A stretch of DNA of 44,462 nt from an archaeon (GTDB lineage Archaea; AGJL01; Methanococci; Methanococcales; Methanocaldococcaceae), in NCBI GenBank assembly GCA_024278985.1, contig JAJRSC010000024.1:1-44462 (forward strand), read 5' to 3'. The position numbers were made by a program, and so were the translations under genes. How positions within the stretch are numbered: the first letter of the stretch is position 1; every line of letters begins with the position of its first letter. The notes beneath the pieces were generated by a model. It saw only the letters and a program-made list of their open reading frames with translations, was not told the origin of the DNA and searched no databases. Of this stretch, positions 30,931-42,560 are shown piece by piece.

Positions 30931-31009
30931 CCCTACCCACAAGGCGGCCTGGCAGAGTTGGCGTAAGCTAACGATGAAGCTTTAAGGTTTTCCAAGGGTA
31001 GGGACAATT
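30931..31009 (+). ncRNA. Archaeal H/ACA-type pseudouridylation guide RNA hairpin
   Basis: Basal stem CCCTACCC (30931-30938)/GGGTAGGG (30996-31003) directly followed by ACA and a T-run; internal loop; apical K-turn (GA, GTTGGC-GTAA-GCTAAC, GATGA); GC-rich island in an AT-rich intergenic region. Confidence 0.8.
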
Positions 31010-31011
31010 TT

Positions 31012-31636
31012 TTATTTTTCAACCCTTAAAATAATAATAGGAACCTTAACAAGCTTTTTTTTATGAAATTCATAACTTGCTGGGATTTTAAAAAAGGTTT
31101 CACAAATATGTGTAATTTTTCCACCTTTATCTTTAATATAATTTATAACAAAATCCTTGGTTGGATAATTGTGAATAGTATATATTATATCTCCTACTTC
31201 TAAGGCCTTATCAATAAATAACCTATCAGCACCTTTTTTTTGGGCTCCAAAGGGAGGATTTTGTATAATAATCTTTTTTAAATTTTTATCTTCATCTAAC
31301 AAATTATAAATAATATCTTTATTAATATTTTTAATATCTTCACAATAAAACTTTATATTGTCTAAATTTAGTTTTTTAGCATATTCATTAGCAATTTTTA
31401 TACACTCTTCATCAATATCAAAGCCTAAAACTTTTTTAGCTCCTAACAACTTAGCCCCAATTCCTAATCTTCCAGTACCACAGCCAAAATCAATAACAAC
31501 ATTATTTAAAAAATCTTTTTGAGCAAAAAATAGTATTTCTGCTGCTAAATCTCCATCAATTGTATATTGTTCTAATTCTATTTTTGGTTTTGGATGTTTT
31601 GGAATACTATCAAGTATCATTTTTAAATGTTTCTTC

Positions 31637-31653
<17 letters not shown>
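31012..31653 (-). CDS. METTL5-family methyltransferase
   Basis: PKIELEQY, DFGCGTG, NPPFG, YTIH, YEFH. Confidence 0.9.
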
Positions 31654-32670
<1,017 letters not shown>

Positions 32671-32674
<4 letters not shown>

Positions 32675-33486
32675 ATTTTTAGCCCTCTCCTTCTTAATTC
32701 TTCTTTAAGTTCTTCAGGAACTTCTGGCTTTTTTAAATATTCTTTGGCTTTATTTTTATCTAATAGCCCTAATCTAACCAATGTTGCAATTCTATCAATT
32801 TCAAAACTAAACCCATATTTTTCATAAAACCTTTCTAAGGCTACTCCTAAAACTAAGCAGTTAGTTGTATATCCATATAAGTTGGGTTTTTTAAATGGAA
32901 GGTTCTTAAGTATATTATATTTATCCTCCTCAGTTAATTTATATGGAGATAATAATCTAATCATTTTTATGCCTTCTTTCATCTCTCTAATTACTGAATG
33001 TCCAAAAGGTATTTCATGGCCTGTAATAATATACTTTATATTTAACATCTTAGCAATTCTCCAGACTTCTCTCATTATTAATCTTGAGCATCTTCTACAA
33101 GGACTCTCTCCTTTTTTTATAACTTCATTAAAAATTTCAGTAAAATCTCTATTTAAAATAAGTAAATCTAAGTTATAATATCTCGCCAAATTTTTAGCAT
33201 TCTCTATAGCAATATCTGAAAGATAGTTATTATCTACTAAAACACATAATGGTTTTATATTAAAATCTTCTACCAATATCTTTAAAGCTACTGAACTATC
33301 TTTCCCACCAGAAAATGCTAAAATACAAGAATATTTTTTATTTTTTAATTGTTGTAAGATATTTTCAACTTCTTTTTTTAATTTATTAAAATCTATGGGA
33401 TATTTTTTATAAGTTAAGCAATCTACACATATCCCATCAATAATTTTTTTTGTTTTTTCAGTATGGACACATATTGAACATTCCAT
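32671..33486 (-). CDS. PP-loop (N-type ATP pyrophosphatase) protein
   Basis: N-terminal CxxC..CxxC, FSGGKDS, PCRRC, ITGHE, GYTTNC. Confidence 0.82.
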
Positions 33487-33499
33487 AATATATTCACTT

Positions 33500-34450
33500 T
33501 TAATAAATTCTACTAACTATAAAATCTGCTAAATCTTCCAAATCTTTCCTTTTCTCAGCATCAAATATTTTTAAAAGTTCTTTTGCTTTTTTATTATTTT
33601 CTTCCATTAGTTTTTTAGCATATTCTATAGATGGTTTAAGTATATTTATTGCCTCTTCAATTTCTTCATCAGTTATATCTTTCTTTCCTAATAGAGATAT
33701 TAATTTTTCTTTTTTATCATTATCTAAAGTTTCAAGGGCATGAATAACAATTATAGTTTTTTTACCTTCTCTTATATCACTTCCAACAGGTTTCCCTATC
33801 TTATTTTTATCTCCTATTAAGTCAAGGATATCATCCTGTATTTGAAAATTCATTCCTATTAATTCAGCAAATTCTTTAACTGCCTTTAATTCTTCTTCAC
33901 TAAAATCTGCTAAAATTCCACCAATTAAAGCACTTGCCTCCAATAACGCCCCTGTCTTTTTCTTAATCATATCTAAATATTCATCCATCTTAGGGAAATA
34001 ATTTTCAAATTCCATATCCTTTGCCTGTCCTTCACAAACATCTACACACGCCTTAGACAAGATTTTTAAAACTTTATGAGCCTTCTCACTATCCTCTATG
34101 TTTGATACTGCCTCAAATGCTTTGGCATATAATAAATCTCCTGCTAAAATAGCCATTGGCTCTCCAAAAACTTTATGAACTGTTGGCTTTCCTCTTCTTA
34201 AATCATCATTGTCCATTATGTCATCATGTATTAAAGTATAGTTATGTATTAACTCAACAGCAACAGCTCCAGGTAATGCTTTTTCTATATCATCTCTCTT
34301 TAATTTGTATGTTAGTATTGTAAGATAAGGTCTTATCCTCTTTCCTCCTGCAAATGTTAAGTGTTTTGATGCTCTATATAGTGTGTCATCCTTGTAAAGA
34401 TACTTTTCTAACTCTTTATCTATTAATTTTAAAATATCCTTATTTATCAT
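33500..34450 (-). CDS. idsA: Short-chain isoprenyl diphosphate (GGPP) synthase; in frame with upstream RNase J as assembled
   Basis: GGKRIRP, LIHDDIMD..RRG, GQ..D, KTG, FQIQDD; own ATG at 34450 preceded by AGGGATAGT. Confidence 0.93.
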   Translation of the reverse strand: MINKDILKLIDKELEKYLYKDDTLYRASKHLTFAGGKRIRPYLTILTYKLKRDDIEKALPGAVAVELIHNYTLIHDDIMDNDDLRRGKPTVHKVFGEPMAILAGDLLYAKAFEAVSNIEDSEKAHKVLKILSKACVDVCEGQAKDMEFENYFPKMDEYLDMIKKKTGALLEASALIGGILADFSEEELKAVKEFAELIGMNFQIQDDILDLIGDKNKIGKPVGSDIREGKKTIIVIHALETLDNDKKEKLISLLGKKDITDEEIEEAINILKPSIEYAKKLMEENNKKAKELLKIFDAEKRKDLEDLADFIVSRIY

Positions 34451-34459
34451 ACTATCCCT

Positions 34460-35806
34460 ATACAATATTCTTTCAAAACTTAAGCACTGCCCATTTCTTA
34501 ATAGATGGACATTATCTCCCAATCTATAACCTTCTTCCTCTGCTAATTTTGTATATTCTGCTGTTAAATTAAAATCTCCATGAGATGGGATAATATGCTC
34601 TGGATTTAACCATCTTAACATATCTCTATGGTCTTCTTTAGAAGCATGCCCTGAAACATGAGCACCTTTAAATATTCTAACTCCTAAAAGTTTTAATCTT
34701 GATTCTAACATATACCTCTGAGCTGCATTCATAGGGTTTGGTATTGGGTCAGCAGAAAAAACAACACAATCATATTTTTCAAATACATAAGGGGTTTTAT
34801 TAGTGGCCATTCTTGATAAAACAGCTCCCTCCTCTCCCTGGTGTCCTGTAGCAATAATTAAATACTTATCTTTTCCTTCTTTTCTAATCATTTTTAAAGC
34901 CATTTCTATAGAACTTGGGTCTCCATATATTCTTAAATCTTCTGGAAACTTAACAATTCCTAAATCTTGAGCTATTCCACAGTATCTTAGCATACTTCTA
35001 CCTAAAAGAACAGGAGTTCTATTCATTTTTTCAGCAATTTCTGTTATTGATTTAATTCTTGCTATATGTGATGAGAATGTTGTTACAATAACTCCATTAT
35101 TATCATTATCAGCAGCAAGTAAATCATTCTTTAACAATCCTGAAGCAATAATTTCAGGTGGTGTTTTTCCTTCATGGTTTATTCTTGTTGTTTCAGAGAT
35201 AAAACATAAAACTCCATTTTTACCTACTCTTTTTATACTTTTATAATCAGGTTTTTCTCCAACAACTGGAAAGTTGTCAAATTTAAAGTCATTACCATAA
35301 ACTATTGCACCATAAGGAGTATATAAAACAGGTAAGACTGAATCAGGAATACTATGAGTTATTCTAATAAATTCAAGTGTTAAGTTTGGAGTTAAATCAA
35401 TACTTTCTCCTGCTTCAAGGACAATTAAAGGGTTTCTAACATCAAATTTTTTCTCACTTAGTATTTCTCTTTTAACTAATTCAATAGTGTAAGGTGTTCC
35501 AATTATAGGAGCATTATATCTATGAGCTAATTTAGGGACTGCTCCAATATGGTCAAGATGTCCATGAGATAAAACAATTGCCTTAACTTCTCCTTCAATA
35601 TTTTTCATAACTGTATCATTAGGAATTATCCCCTTTTCAATTAACTCTAAACTATGTAGTTTAGAAATGTCTGTATCTTCATGTATTAAAACTCTATCTA
35701 ATCTTACACCCATATCAAATATTATTATTTCTCCATCTACATTAACAGCTGTCATGTTTCTACCAACTTCTTCATAACCACCAATAGCAATAATCTCTAA
35801 TTTCAT
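34460..35806 (-). CDS. rnj: Archaeal ribonuclease J (beta-CASP); stop codon absent as assembled
   Basis: GGYEEVGRNMT, SHGHLDHIG, THSIP, DFKFD, HVSGHA, IPSHG; the domain ends at ..SFERIL, followed by TAT at 34460-34462. Confidence 0.93.
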
Positions 35807-36870
35807 AAAAATTCACCTTTTAATCTTTGAGAAATCCAATTTTTTAACTCTCCTTTAATAATATATGGTGTGTTTCTTAGTTGTTCAATATTTTCAGCAC
35901 CAATCAAAAACATAGTTATTTTTAATTCATTTATAAGATTCTCCAAAACCTTAACTACTTCATTAGCATTTTTTAATGCTGCTTTTAAAATTGGTAAGGC
36001 AATTCCTGAACAGCTACATCCTAAGGCAATACATTTAGCAATATCTATTCCACTTCTAACTCCACCTGAACCTATAACAATTTTATCATATACCGATTTA
36101 ACCTCTAAAATTGATACAGCTGTAGGAATTCCCCACTCAGAAAAATTTTCTAATATTTTTTTATTTTTATTATCTTTAACTCTCAAAAGTTCAACCTTTG
36201 CCCAGGAAGTGCCACCACTTCCCTGAATATCAATAGCATCAAAAAATTTTAAGTTTATAGCATCTTCTTTTGAAAAACCTTCACCTACTTGCTTAGCAAT
36301 AAATGGTATATCTCTATAATTTTTTTTATAGTTTGTTATAATTTCCTTAAGTTTATCAAAATTTTTAAAATTAACATCACCCTCTGGTTGTATTATTTCC
36401 TGTAGAGGATTAAAATGAATAGCCATAGCATCAGCATCTATCATATTAACAGCTTTCTCTATTTCCTCCTCTCCCCAGTTATCCATTAAATTGACAGCTC
36501 CTAAATTTCCAATAACTAAGTTGTCAGTGTATTTTCTTACTATACTATATGTTTCAGATAACTTTTCATTTTTTAATCCAGCTCTTTGAGAACCTACTCC
36601 CATTCCTAAATTTAACTCCTCTATAGCAATGGCTATGTTTTTATTTATCTCTTTAGCCCCTTCAAATCCTCCAGTCATTCCTGAGACTATTATAGGAGCA
36701 GATAATTTTTTTCCAAATAGATTTATCTCTGTTGAGATATCTTCATAATCTACCTTAGATATTCCTCTATGTATAAGTTCAACATCATTTAATAATGTAG
36801 ATTTTTTATATTCTATATCACAATATTCACATATAAAAATATGTTCTAATTTTCTCATTTCTATATCCAT
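35803..36870 (-). CDS. fni: Type 2 isopentenyl-diphosphate delta-isomerase
   Basis: RKLEHI, MTGG, GVGSQR, HFNPLQE..QPEGD, GGTSW, WGIPT; conserved fni-rnj-idsA order. Confidence 0.95.
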   Translation of the reverse strand: MDIEMRKLEHIFICEYCDIEYKKSTLLNDVELIHRGISKVDYEDISTEINLFGKKLSAPIIVSGMTGGFEGAKEINKNIAIAIEELNLGMGVGSQRAGLKNEKLSETYSIVRKYTDNLVIGNLGAVNLMDNWGEEEIEKAVNMIDADAMAIHFNPLQEIIQPEGDVNFKNFDKLKEIITNYKKNYRDIPFIAKQVGEGFSKEDAINLKFFDAIDIQGSGGTSWAKVELLRVKDNKNKKILENFSEWGIPTAVSILEVKSVYDKIVIGSGGVRSGIDIAKCIALGCSCSGIALPILKAALKNANEVVKVLENLINELKITMFLIGAENIEQLRNTPYIIKGELKNWISQRLKGEFL

Positions 36871-36906
36871 ATTTCCCCTCGAGATATATACTAAGTGTTT
36901 AATAAT

Positions 36907-38094
36907 TTAACATTTAAGTTTGATAATTGTAAATAACCCTAAGATAACAATTAATACTGCTGAGGTTAATGTGGCAATACTCCCTCCAACTATTCCAAAA
37001 TTTTTTATTAGTATTATATTTAAAAGAATATTTAAACTAATCCCAAAAATTATTATATAAAATGAAATATTTGCATAACCTAAACCTTGTAAGGTTGAAG
37101 ATATTATATAAAAGTATCCCATAAATAAGGAAGAAATAGATAAAATCTTTAAAGATAAAGAACCATCAGGATTATCTACTCCAAAAAATAAATGTAAAAA
37201 GAAATCTGAAAATAAAATAAATAATATTACTACTGGTAAAGATAAGAGAGTATTAAAAATAACTGATTTATATAAATCTCTTATATCCTTATTTTTTGCT
37301 ATTTTTGGTAATAATGGAATTGATATAGATGTTGAGAACATTATTATTCCTCTTGATAAAAGGGCAGAATAACCATAAATACCACTCCAATAAGGTCCAA
37401 GAAATGACATGATTATTATATTATCAATATCTCCAAATATTCTATATGCTGAGGATGTTAATGATATTGGAATAGAGTAGAAAAAAATATTTTTTATATA
37501 ATTAAAATTAAAAGAAAAATCTATATATTTTCTTATATAGATAAAAAATATAAGTCCTGTTGTTAATGAAGATAAAGCTAATGCTAAAAAGGCTCCAAAA
37601 ATTTTTATTATATTTATAAGTATAATTAAAAAAATAATTTTTAAAGTACTTTCAACAATCCAAGTTAATGCCAATTCTTTAAATCTAAAATTACCCTGTA
37701 AAGTACCTCTAACAAATGAAACTATTGGAGAAAATAAAATACAAACTCCCAAAATAATGTAAAATAAATTATTTAACTTTAAATAATGTCCTCCTAAGAT
37801 ATATTTTATATTTAAAACAACAAGAACCCCAATAATTGATAAAAAAAACATAAATATTAATATGGATATATTTACTTTTTTTCCTTCAGCAGAAAATTTG
37901 GCTATAGAAACAGGAATTCCAGAGCTAAATATAATAGTTAAAGTATCTAAAATAGGTAATAATCCCCTTAATATTCCAAAACTTTCAGTTTTAAGAAAAA
38001 AAGATGTTAAAAAATAAAATAAGTATGCCATACCTTTGGCATAGATATTTGATATTAATATATATATACTTTCTCTCATGTTACTTCTCTCCAA
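36907..38094 (-). CDS. MOP-superfamily flippase (Wzx-like polysaccharide exporter)
   Basis: About 12 TM helices, GIP..IAKF, GDID..II, LQGLG, FGIVG; likely start ATG at 38079. Confidence 0.85.
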   Translation of the reverse strand: MERSNMRESIYILISNIYAKGMAYLFYFLTSFFLKTESFGILRGLLPILDTLTIIFSSGIPVSIAKFSAEGKKVNISILIFMFFLSIIGVLVVLNIKYILGGHYLKLNNLFYIILGVCILFSPIVSFVRGTLQGNFRFKELALTWIVESTLKIIFLIILINIIKIFGAFLALALSSLTTGLIFFIYIRKYIDFSFNFNYIKNIFFYSIPISLTSSAYRIFGDIDNIIIMSFLGPYWSGIYGYSALLSRGIIMFSTSISIPLLPKIAKNKDIRDLYKSVIFNTLLSLPVVILFILFSDFFLHLFFGVDNPDGSLSLKILSISSLFMGYFYIISSTLQGLGYANISFYIIIFGISLNILLNIILIKNFGIVGGSIATLTSAVLIVILGLFTIIKLKC

Positions 38095-39332
38095 TCTTCT
38101 AAGTATCTTTTTTGTTCTTCAGTTAATTCATCTATTTCTATCCCAAAGGACTTTAATTTTAATTTAGCAATCATTTCATCAATTTCATAAGGAATTCTAT
38201 AAACTTTTGGCTCTAATTTATCTCTATTTTTTAGTAAATATTCAGCACCTAATGCCTGATTGGAAAAACTCATATCCATAACTTCACAAGGATGTCCATC
38301 AGCACATGCTAAATTAACCAATCTTCCCTCTCCTAATAAATATACTTTTTTATCTCCTAAATTATACTCTAAAATATTATTTCTAACTTCTTTTATTTCT
38401 ATGGATAACTCTTCTAAATCTTTTTTATTTATCTCATTATCAAAATGTCCTGCATTTGCTAAAATAGCCCCATCTTTCATTTTTAATATATGTTCCTTTC
38501 TAATCACATCCTTACATCCAGTTGTTGTTATAAATATATCCCCCTCCTCTGCAGCTTTTTCCATTTTCATAACTCTAAAACCATCCATTCTGGCCTCTAA
38601 TGCCCTAATTGGATTTACCTCAGTAACAATAACATCAGCCCCTAAACCTTTAGCCCTTAATGCTACTCCTCTACCACACCATCCATAACCTGCAACAACT
38701 ACAGTTTTTCCAGCTATTAATAAATTAGTTGTTCTTATTATTCCATCCCATGCACTTTGTCCTGTTCCATATCTATTATCAAATAAATATTTTGTATATG
38801 CATCATTGACATCTATAACTGGAATTTTTAAAGCTCCTTCTTTTTCCATAGCCTTTAATCTAATAATTCCTGTTGTTGTCTCTTCACATGCTCCAATTAC
38901 TTTATCCAACAACTCTGTCCTTTTAGTGTGGAGTAAAAAGATTAAATCACAACCATCATCAATAACAATATCCGGCTCATGGTCTAAAACTCTGTTTAAA
39001 TTTTCATAGTATTCTTCAGTTGTTTCTCCTCTCCAGGCATAGACATGCATACCTTTCTTAGCACATGCTGCTGCAACATCATCCTGAGTAGATAATGGAT
39101 TACATCCAGTTATTGCTATTTTTGCCCCTCCAGCCATTAAGGTCTCTGCTAAAACTGCAGTTTTTGCCTCTAAGTGTAATGCCATTCCTATAGTTATTCC
39201 TTTAAATGGTTTTTCTTTCTCAAATCTTTTTCTAATTAATCCTAAAACAGGCATATGTTGCTTAGCCCATTCTATTTTTTTTTCTCCTTCTTTCCATAAA
39301 TTTATATCTTTAACTTTATACAAAAATCTCAC
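38076..39332 (-). CDS. ahcY: Adenosyl/inosyl-homocysteine hydrolase
   Basis: [49 protein letters not shown]. Confidence 0.96.
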   Translation of the reverse strand: MRFLYKVKDINLWKEGEKKIEWAKQHMPVLGLIRKRFEKEKPFKGITIGMALHLEAKTAVLAETLMAGGAKIAITGCNPLSTQDDVAAACAKKGMHVYAWRGETTEEYYENLNRVLDHEPDIVIDDGCDLIFLLHTKRTELLDKVIGACEETTTGIIRLKAMEKEGALKIPVIDVNDAYTKYLFDNRYGTGQSAWDGIIRTTNLLIAGKTVVVAGYGWCGRGVALRAKGLGADVIVTEVNPIRALEARMDGFRVMKMEKAAEEGDIFITTTGCKDVIRKEHILKMKDGAILANAGHFDNEINKKDLEELSIEIKEVRNNILEYNLGDKKVYLLGEGRLVNLACADGHPCEVMDMSFSNQALGAEYLLKNRDKLEPKVYRIPYEIDEMIAKLKLKSFGIEIDELTEEQKRYLEDWREVT

Positions 39333-39424
39333 CTATCTATTTAATAAGATTAAATAAAAAAATAAGTAGTTTATATATAAATATCATATATTAAATCATA
39401 TTAAATCTTCATGTATGTGATTAA

Positions 39425-39994
39425 ATGTTCTACTCAACACCAAATTTATCAGATGCTGGAGCTTATGTATTGAAAGGAATAAGGCCAATGATAGATATAG
39501 ATAAAGTAATATATGGTGAAGCTGTAACTGTAGAAGTTGATGCCAATGATTGGGGAAGTGTAGTTAAGGCAATATCCTATTCAAAAAATAAAATTTTGGT
39601 TGTTAAAGTTGTCAATGGAGATAATGCAGTTTTTGGAGGTTTAGCATGCTTAAATTGTAAAATAAAGGGGGTTAAGGGAGTTGTTATAGATGGGTATATT
39701 AGGGATTTAGAAGACATTAAAAAATTGAAATTTCCAGTTTTTGCAAAAGGTATAAATCCAAAAGCAGGGAAACCTTTAAACAGGGGTAAAATTAATATTT
39801 CCATATGTATAAATGATATTATTATTGAACCAGGAGATATTGTGGTTGGGGATATTAATGGAGTAGTTGTAATAAAAAAGTATCAATTTAATGAAATTTT
39901 AAATAAAGTTTGTGAAATAAAGAAAAAAGAAAAATATATAAAAGATAGAATTTTAAGAGGAGATGATTTAAAAGATATTTTAAATTTAGGGTGA
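39425..39994 (+). CDS. RraA/HMG aldolase-family protein
   Basis: TPNLSDA, AVFGGL, VVIDGYIRD, PGDIVVGDINGVV. Confidence 0.88.
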   Translation: MFYSTPNLSDAGAYVLKGIRPMIDIDKVIYGEAVTVEVDANDWGSVVKAISYSKNKILVVKVVNGDNAVFGGLACLNCKIKGVKGVVIDGYIRDLEDIKKLKFPVFAKGINPKAGKPLNRGKINISICINDIIIEPGDIVVGDINGVVVIKKYQFNEILNKVCEIKKKEKYIKDRILRGDDLKDILNLG

Positions 39995-40566
39995 TAAAAA
40001 TAAAGAATAGATTTAATACTTTTAAAAAACTAATAAATAATGAATCAACCACGAGATATATTGTTAGGGGATTAATAGATGGTTCATTATCTGTTTTGGG
40101 AGTAATAATAGGTGCAAGTGGCTCAGCAGACCCTTCAATTATAATTTCAGCAGGTTTGGGTGGAGGAATTGCAAATGGATTATCTAATATCTTAGGAGCA
40201 TTAACTGCTGAAAAGGCAAGTTTAGAAAAAGAAAGAATCCAAAAAGAAAAAAGTCTATTAAAAAATAAAGGATATTTAAAAAAATCTATAATATACAAAA
40301 AAGCTATAAGAGAATGTATTTTTTGTGGAGTTATTGATGGTCTATCAACTATGGCAGGTTCAATAATTCCAATAATTCCATTTTTTATATTTAATATATA
40401 TATAGCCCTCTATACTTCAATTGCTTTAACTATCTTTCTCTTGTTTATTTTAGGTGTATTTATTGGAAAAATATCCCATGAAAATATTATTATATCTGGG
40501 TTAAAATTAGTTATTGGAGCAATATTTGTGGCAATATTATGTTTTATAGTTGAGGGATTATTTTGA
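39991..40566 (+). CDS. VIT1/CCC1-like membrane protein (TIGR00267-like)
   Basis: RYIVRGLIDG, GALTAE, IPIIPF; five hydrophobic segments. Confidence 0.85.
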   Translation: MIKIKNRFNTFKKLINNESTTRYIVRGLIDGSLSVLGVIIGASGSADPSIIISAGLGGGIANGLSNILGALTAEKASLEKERIQKEKSLLKNKGYLKKSIIYKKAIRECIFCGVIDGLSTMAGSIIPIIPFFIFNIYIALYTSIALTIFLLFILGVFIGKISHENIIISGLKLVIGAIFVAILCFIVEGLF

Positions 40567-41042
40567 GAGCTAAGGAACTATTAAAAATTTTAAAAGAAAA
40601 AGCTAAGAATTTTGGAATCTATGATATAATAAAAATAAGGTCTTTCTTGGAGAAAGATGCTAAATATTTACCAGAAAATTATAGAGAGGAATATGTTAAT
40701 GCTATGATTAAATATTATATAGACACTTTAAAAGAAATAAAAAATAAAGATTTACCTTATGATTATGAAATTGATGATAATAAATTAAAAAATCTTTTGG
40801 ATAGAATTGAAAGTTTTAGAGTTTATAATACAGAAGAGGAGCAAAGATTTATAGAACTATCAAAAATTATTTGTCCATATTTATGCTTTATTGCCAAAAA
40901 ACCATTTCATCCAGAATATTTAAAATTTCCTGGAGGATTAAAAATTATAAAAAAAGGAGATTCATATTATTGTCCAGTTAAAAATAAGCAATTAAATAAA
41001 TATTCCCTATGTGAGTTTTGTGTTTCAAAACCTATAAATTAG
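40563..41042 (+). CDS. UPF0305/DUF2115 methanogen-associated protein
   Basis: KYLPENYR, PFHP..FPGG, YYCPVK, LCEFCV. Confidence 0.85.
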   Translation: MRAKELLKILKEKAKNFGIYDIIKIRSFLEKDAKYLPENYREEYVNAMIKYYIDTLKEIKNKDLPYDYEIDDNKLKNLLDRIESFRVYNTEEEQRFIELSKIICPYLCFIAKKPFHPEYLKFPGGLKIIKKGDSYYCPVKNKQLNKYSLCEFCVSKPIN

Positions 41043-41063
41043 ATAAATAAAACATGGATTAAA

Positions 41064-42545
41064 ATGAATGCCCTAATTATTGATTGTTTGGCAGTTGGAA
41101 AAGGAAAAAAGTTATTAACAAGAGATGTAATAGGTGCAGGACCAAGAACAGTAAAGGGAATTTTAGAGAGTGAAGGAATTTCTACTAAAATAGTTCCATA
41201 TGAAAATTTTAATATAAATAATACTAAAGATTATGATTTAATTCTTATAAGTGCTATGACATCTGATTTTAGAGCAGTCAAGAACTTAGTTTATTCTATA
41301 AAACTAAAAACAAATAAAAAGATATTAATTGGGGGTCCAATATCAACAGATTTATATCTATTGGAAAAGATTGAAGGAGATATAACTGTTGTTGGTGAGG
41401 GAGAAATTACTTTAAGGGAATTAATAAAAAAAGATTTCAATCCTGAAAATATAAAAGGAACTACCTACTGGAAAGATGGTTTAAAAATAAATCCTCTTAG
41501 AGAAGTATTAAAAAATTTAGATTTAATTACACCATCAACTAAGATAGATGATTATAAAAACTATAAAACAGCTAGAGTTTATGTTGAAGTAGTTAGAGGA
41601 TGTAGTAATTTTAAAAGAGCTCTTTTATTATGTAAGTATAAAAATTGTAATTTATGTAAAAATGGAACCTTAAAATGCCCTTCTAATATAAATCCTGGAT
41701 GTGGTTTTTGTTCTGTTCCTTCAATATTTGGCTATGCAAAAAGTAGAAAAGAAGAAAAAATATTGGAAGAGGTAGAAGAACTCTTAAAATTTGGATGTAA
41801 AAGGATTGTATTGTCAGCTCCTGATTTTTTAGATTATGGTAGAGAAAGCTATAATCCTTATGAAAAACCTAATTATGATGCAATAGAATCATTATTATCC
41901 CAATGTCATGAACTATCTAAAAAATATGATGCTAATATTATGGTTGAAAATGTTAAGGCAAATCTATTTGATGAAAAAATAGCTAAAATTTTATCAAAAT
42001 ATATTAAATCAACAATATATATAGGTTGTGAGACAGGAGATAAAGAACATGCTAAGTTATTAGGAAGGCCATCATATCCTGAAGATGTTTTAAAAGCTGT
42101 TAAATTAGCTAAAAAGTATAATTTAAAAGCTCAAGTTTATTTTATATACTCTTTACCAGGAGAAACAAAAGAAAGGGCAAAAAATACAATAAAATTTATG
42201 TATAAAATAAAGCCATATATTGATAAAATAACAGTTTATAAATTTAGACCACTCCCTTTTTCTGCATTTCAAAATCTAAAACCTAAAGTTACAAAGTACT
42301 CTTTAATGATAAAAGAAACTGCCAATAAAATTAATTTAGAAATAAAAAAGAAATATATTGGAAAAGTTTTAGATGTGCTAATATCTGAAGAACATTTTAA
42401 AAATAAAAATGATGCTGTTGGTTATTTAGAAGATAGTGGTTTAATGGTTGTTGTAAAAGATGGAAAAAATTATATTGGAAAGAAAAAGAAAGTTAAAATA
42501 ATTGATGCATATCCTAAATACTTAATAGGAAAGTTAATATACTAA
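41064..42545 (+). CDS. Radical SAM protein with B12-binding-like N-domain and C-terminal TRAM domain
   Basis: IGGPI, VVGEGE, EVVRGCSNF...PGCGFC, IGCETG, YFIY.LPGET. Confidence 0.85.
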   Translation: MNALIIDCLAVGKGKKLLTRDVIGAGPRTVKGILESEGISTKIVPYENFNINNTKDYDLILISAMTSDFRAVKNLVYSIKLKTNKKILIGGPISTDLYLLEKIEGDITVVGEGEITLRELIKKDFNPENIKGTTYWKDGLKINPLREVLKNLDLITPSTKIDDYKNYKTARVYVEVVRGCSNFKRALLLCKYKNCNLCKNGTLKCPSNINPGCGFCSVPSIFGYAKSRKEEKILEEVEELLKFGCKRIVLSAPDFLDYGRESYNPYEKPNYDAIESLLSQCHELSKKYDANIMVENVKANLFDEKIAKILSKYIKSTIYIGCETGDKEHAKLLGRPSYPEDVLKAVKLAKKYNLKAQVYFIYSLPGETKERAKNTIKFMYKIKPYIDKITVYKFRPLPFSAFQNLKPKVTKYSLMIKETANKINLEIKKKYIGKVLDVLISEEHFKNKNDAVGYLEDSGLMVVVKDGKNYIGKKKKVKIIDAYPKYLIGKLIY

Positions 42546-42560
42546 CTCTTTTGGGATAAT

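Noticed and set aside
30893-30940. Fluoride riboswitch or SECIS interpretation of the GC-rich hairpin
   Set aside because: No fluoride-riboswitch pseudoknot pairing or downstream sense gene, no GAA/A SECIS bulge and no in-frame TGA selenoprotein nearby; a K-turn fits better.
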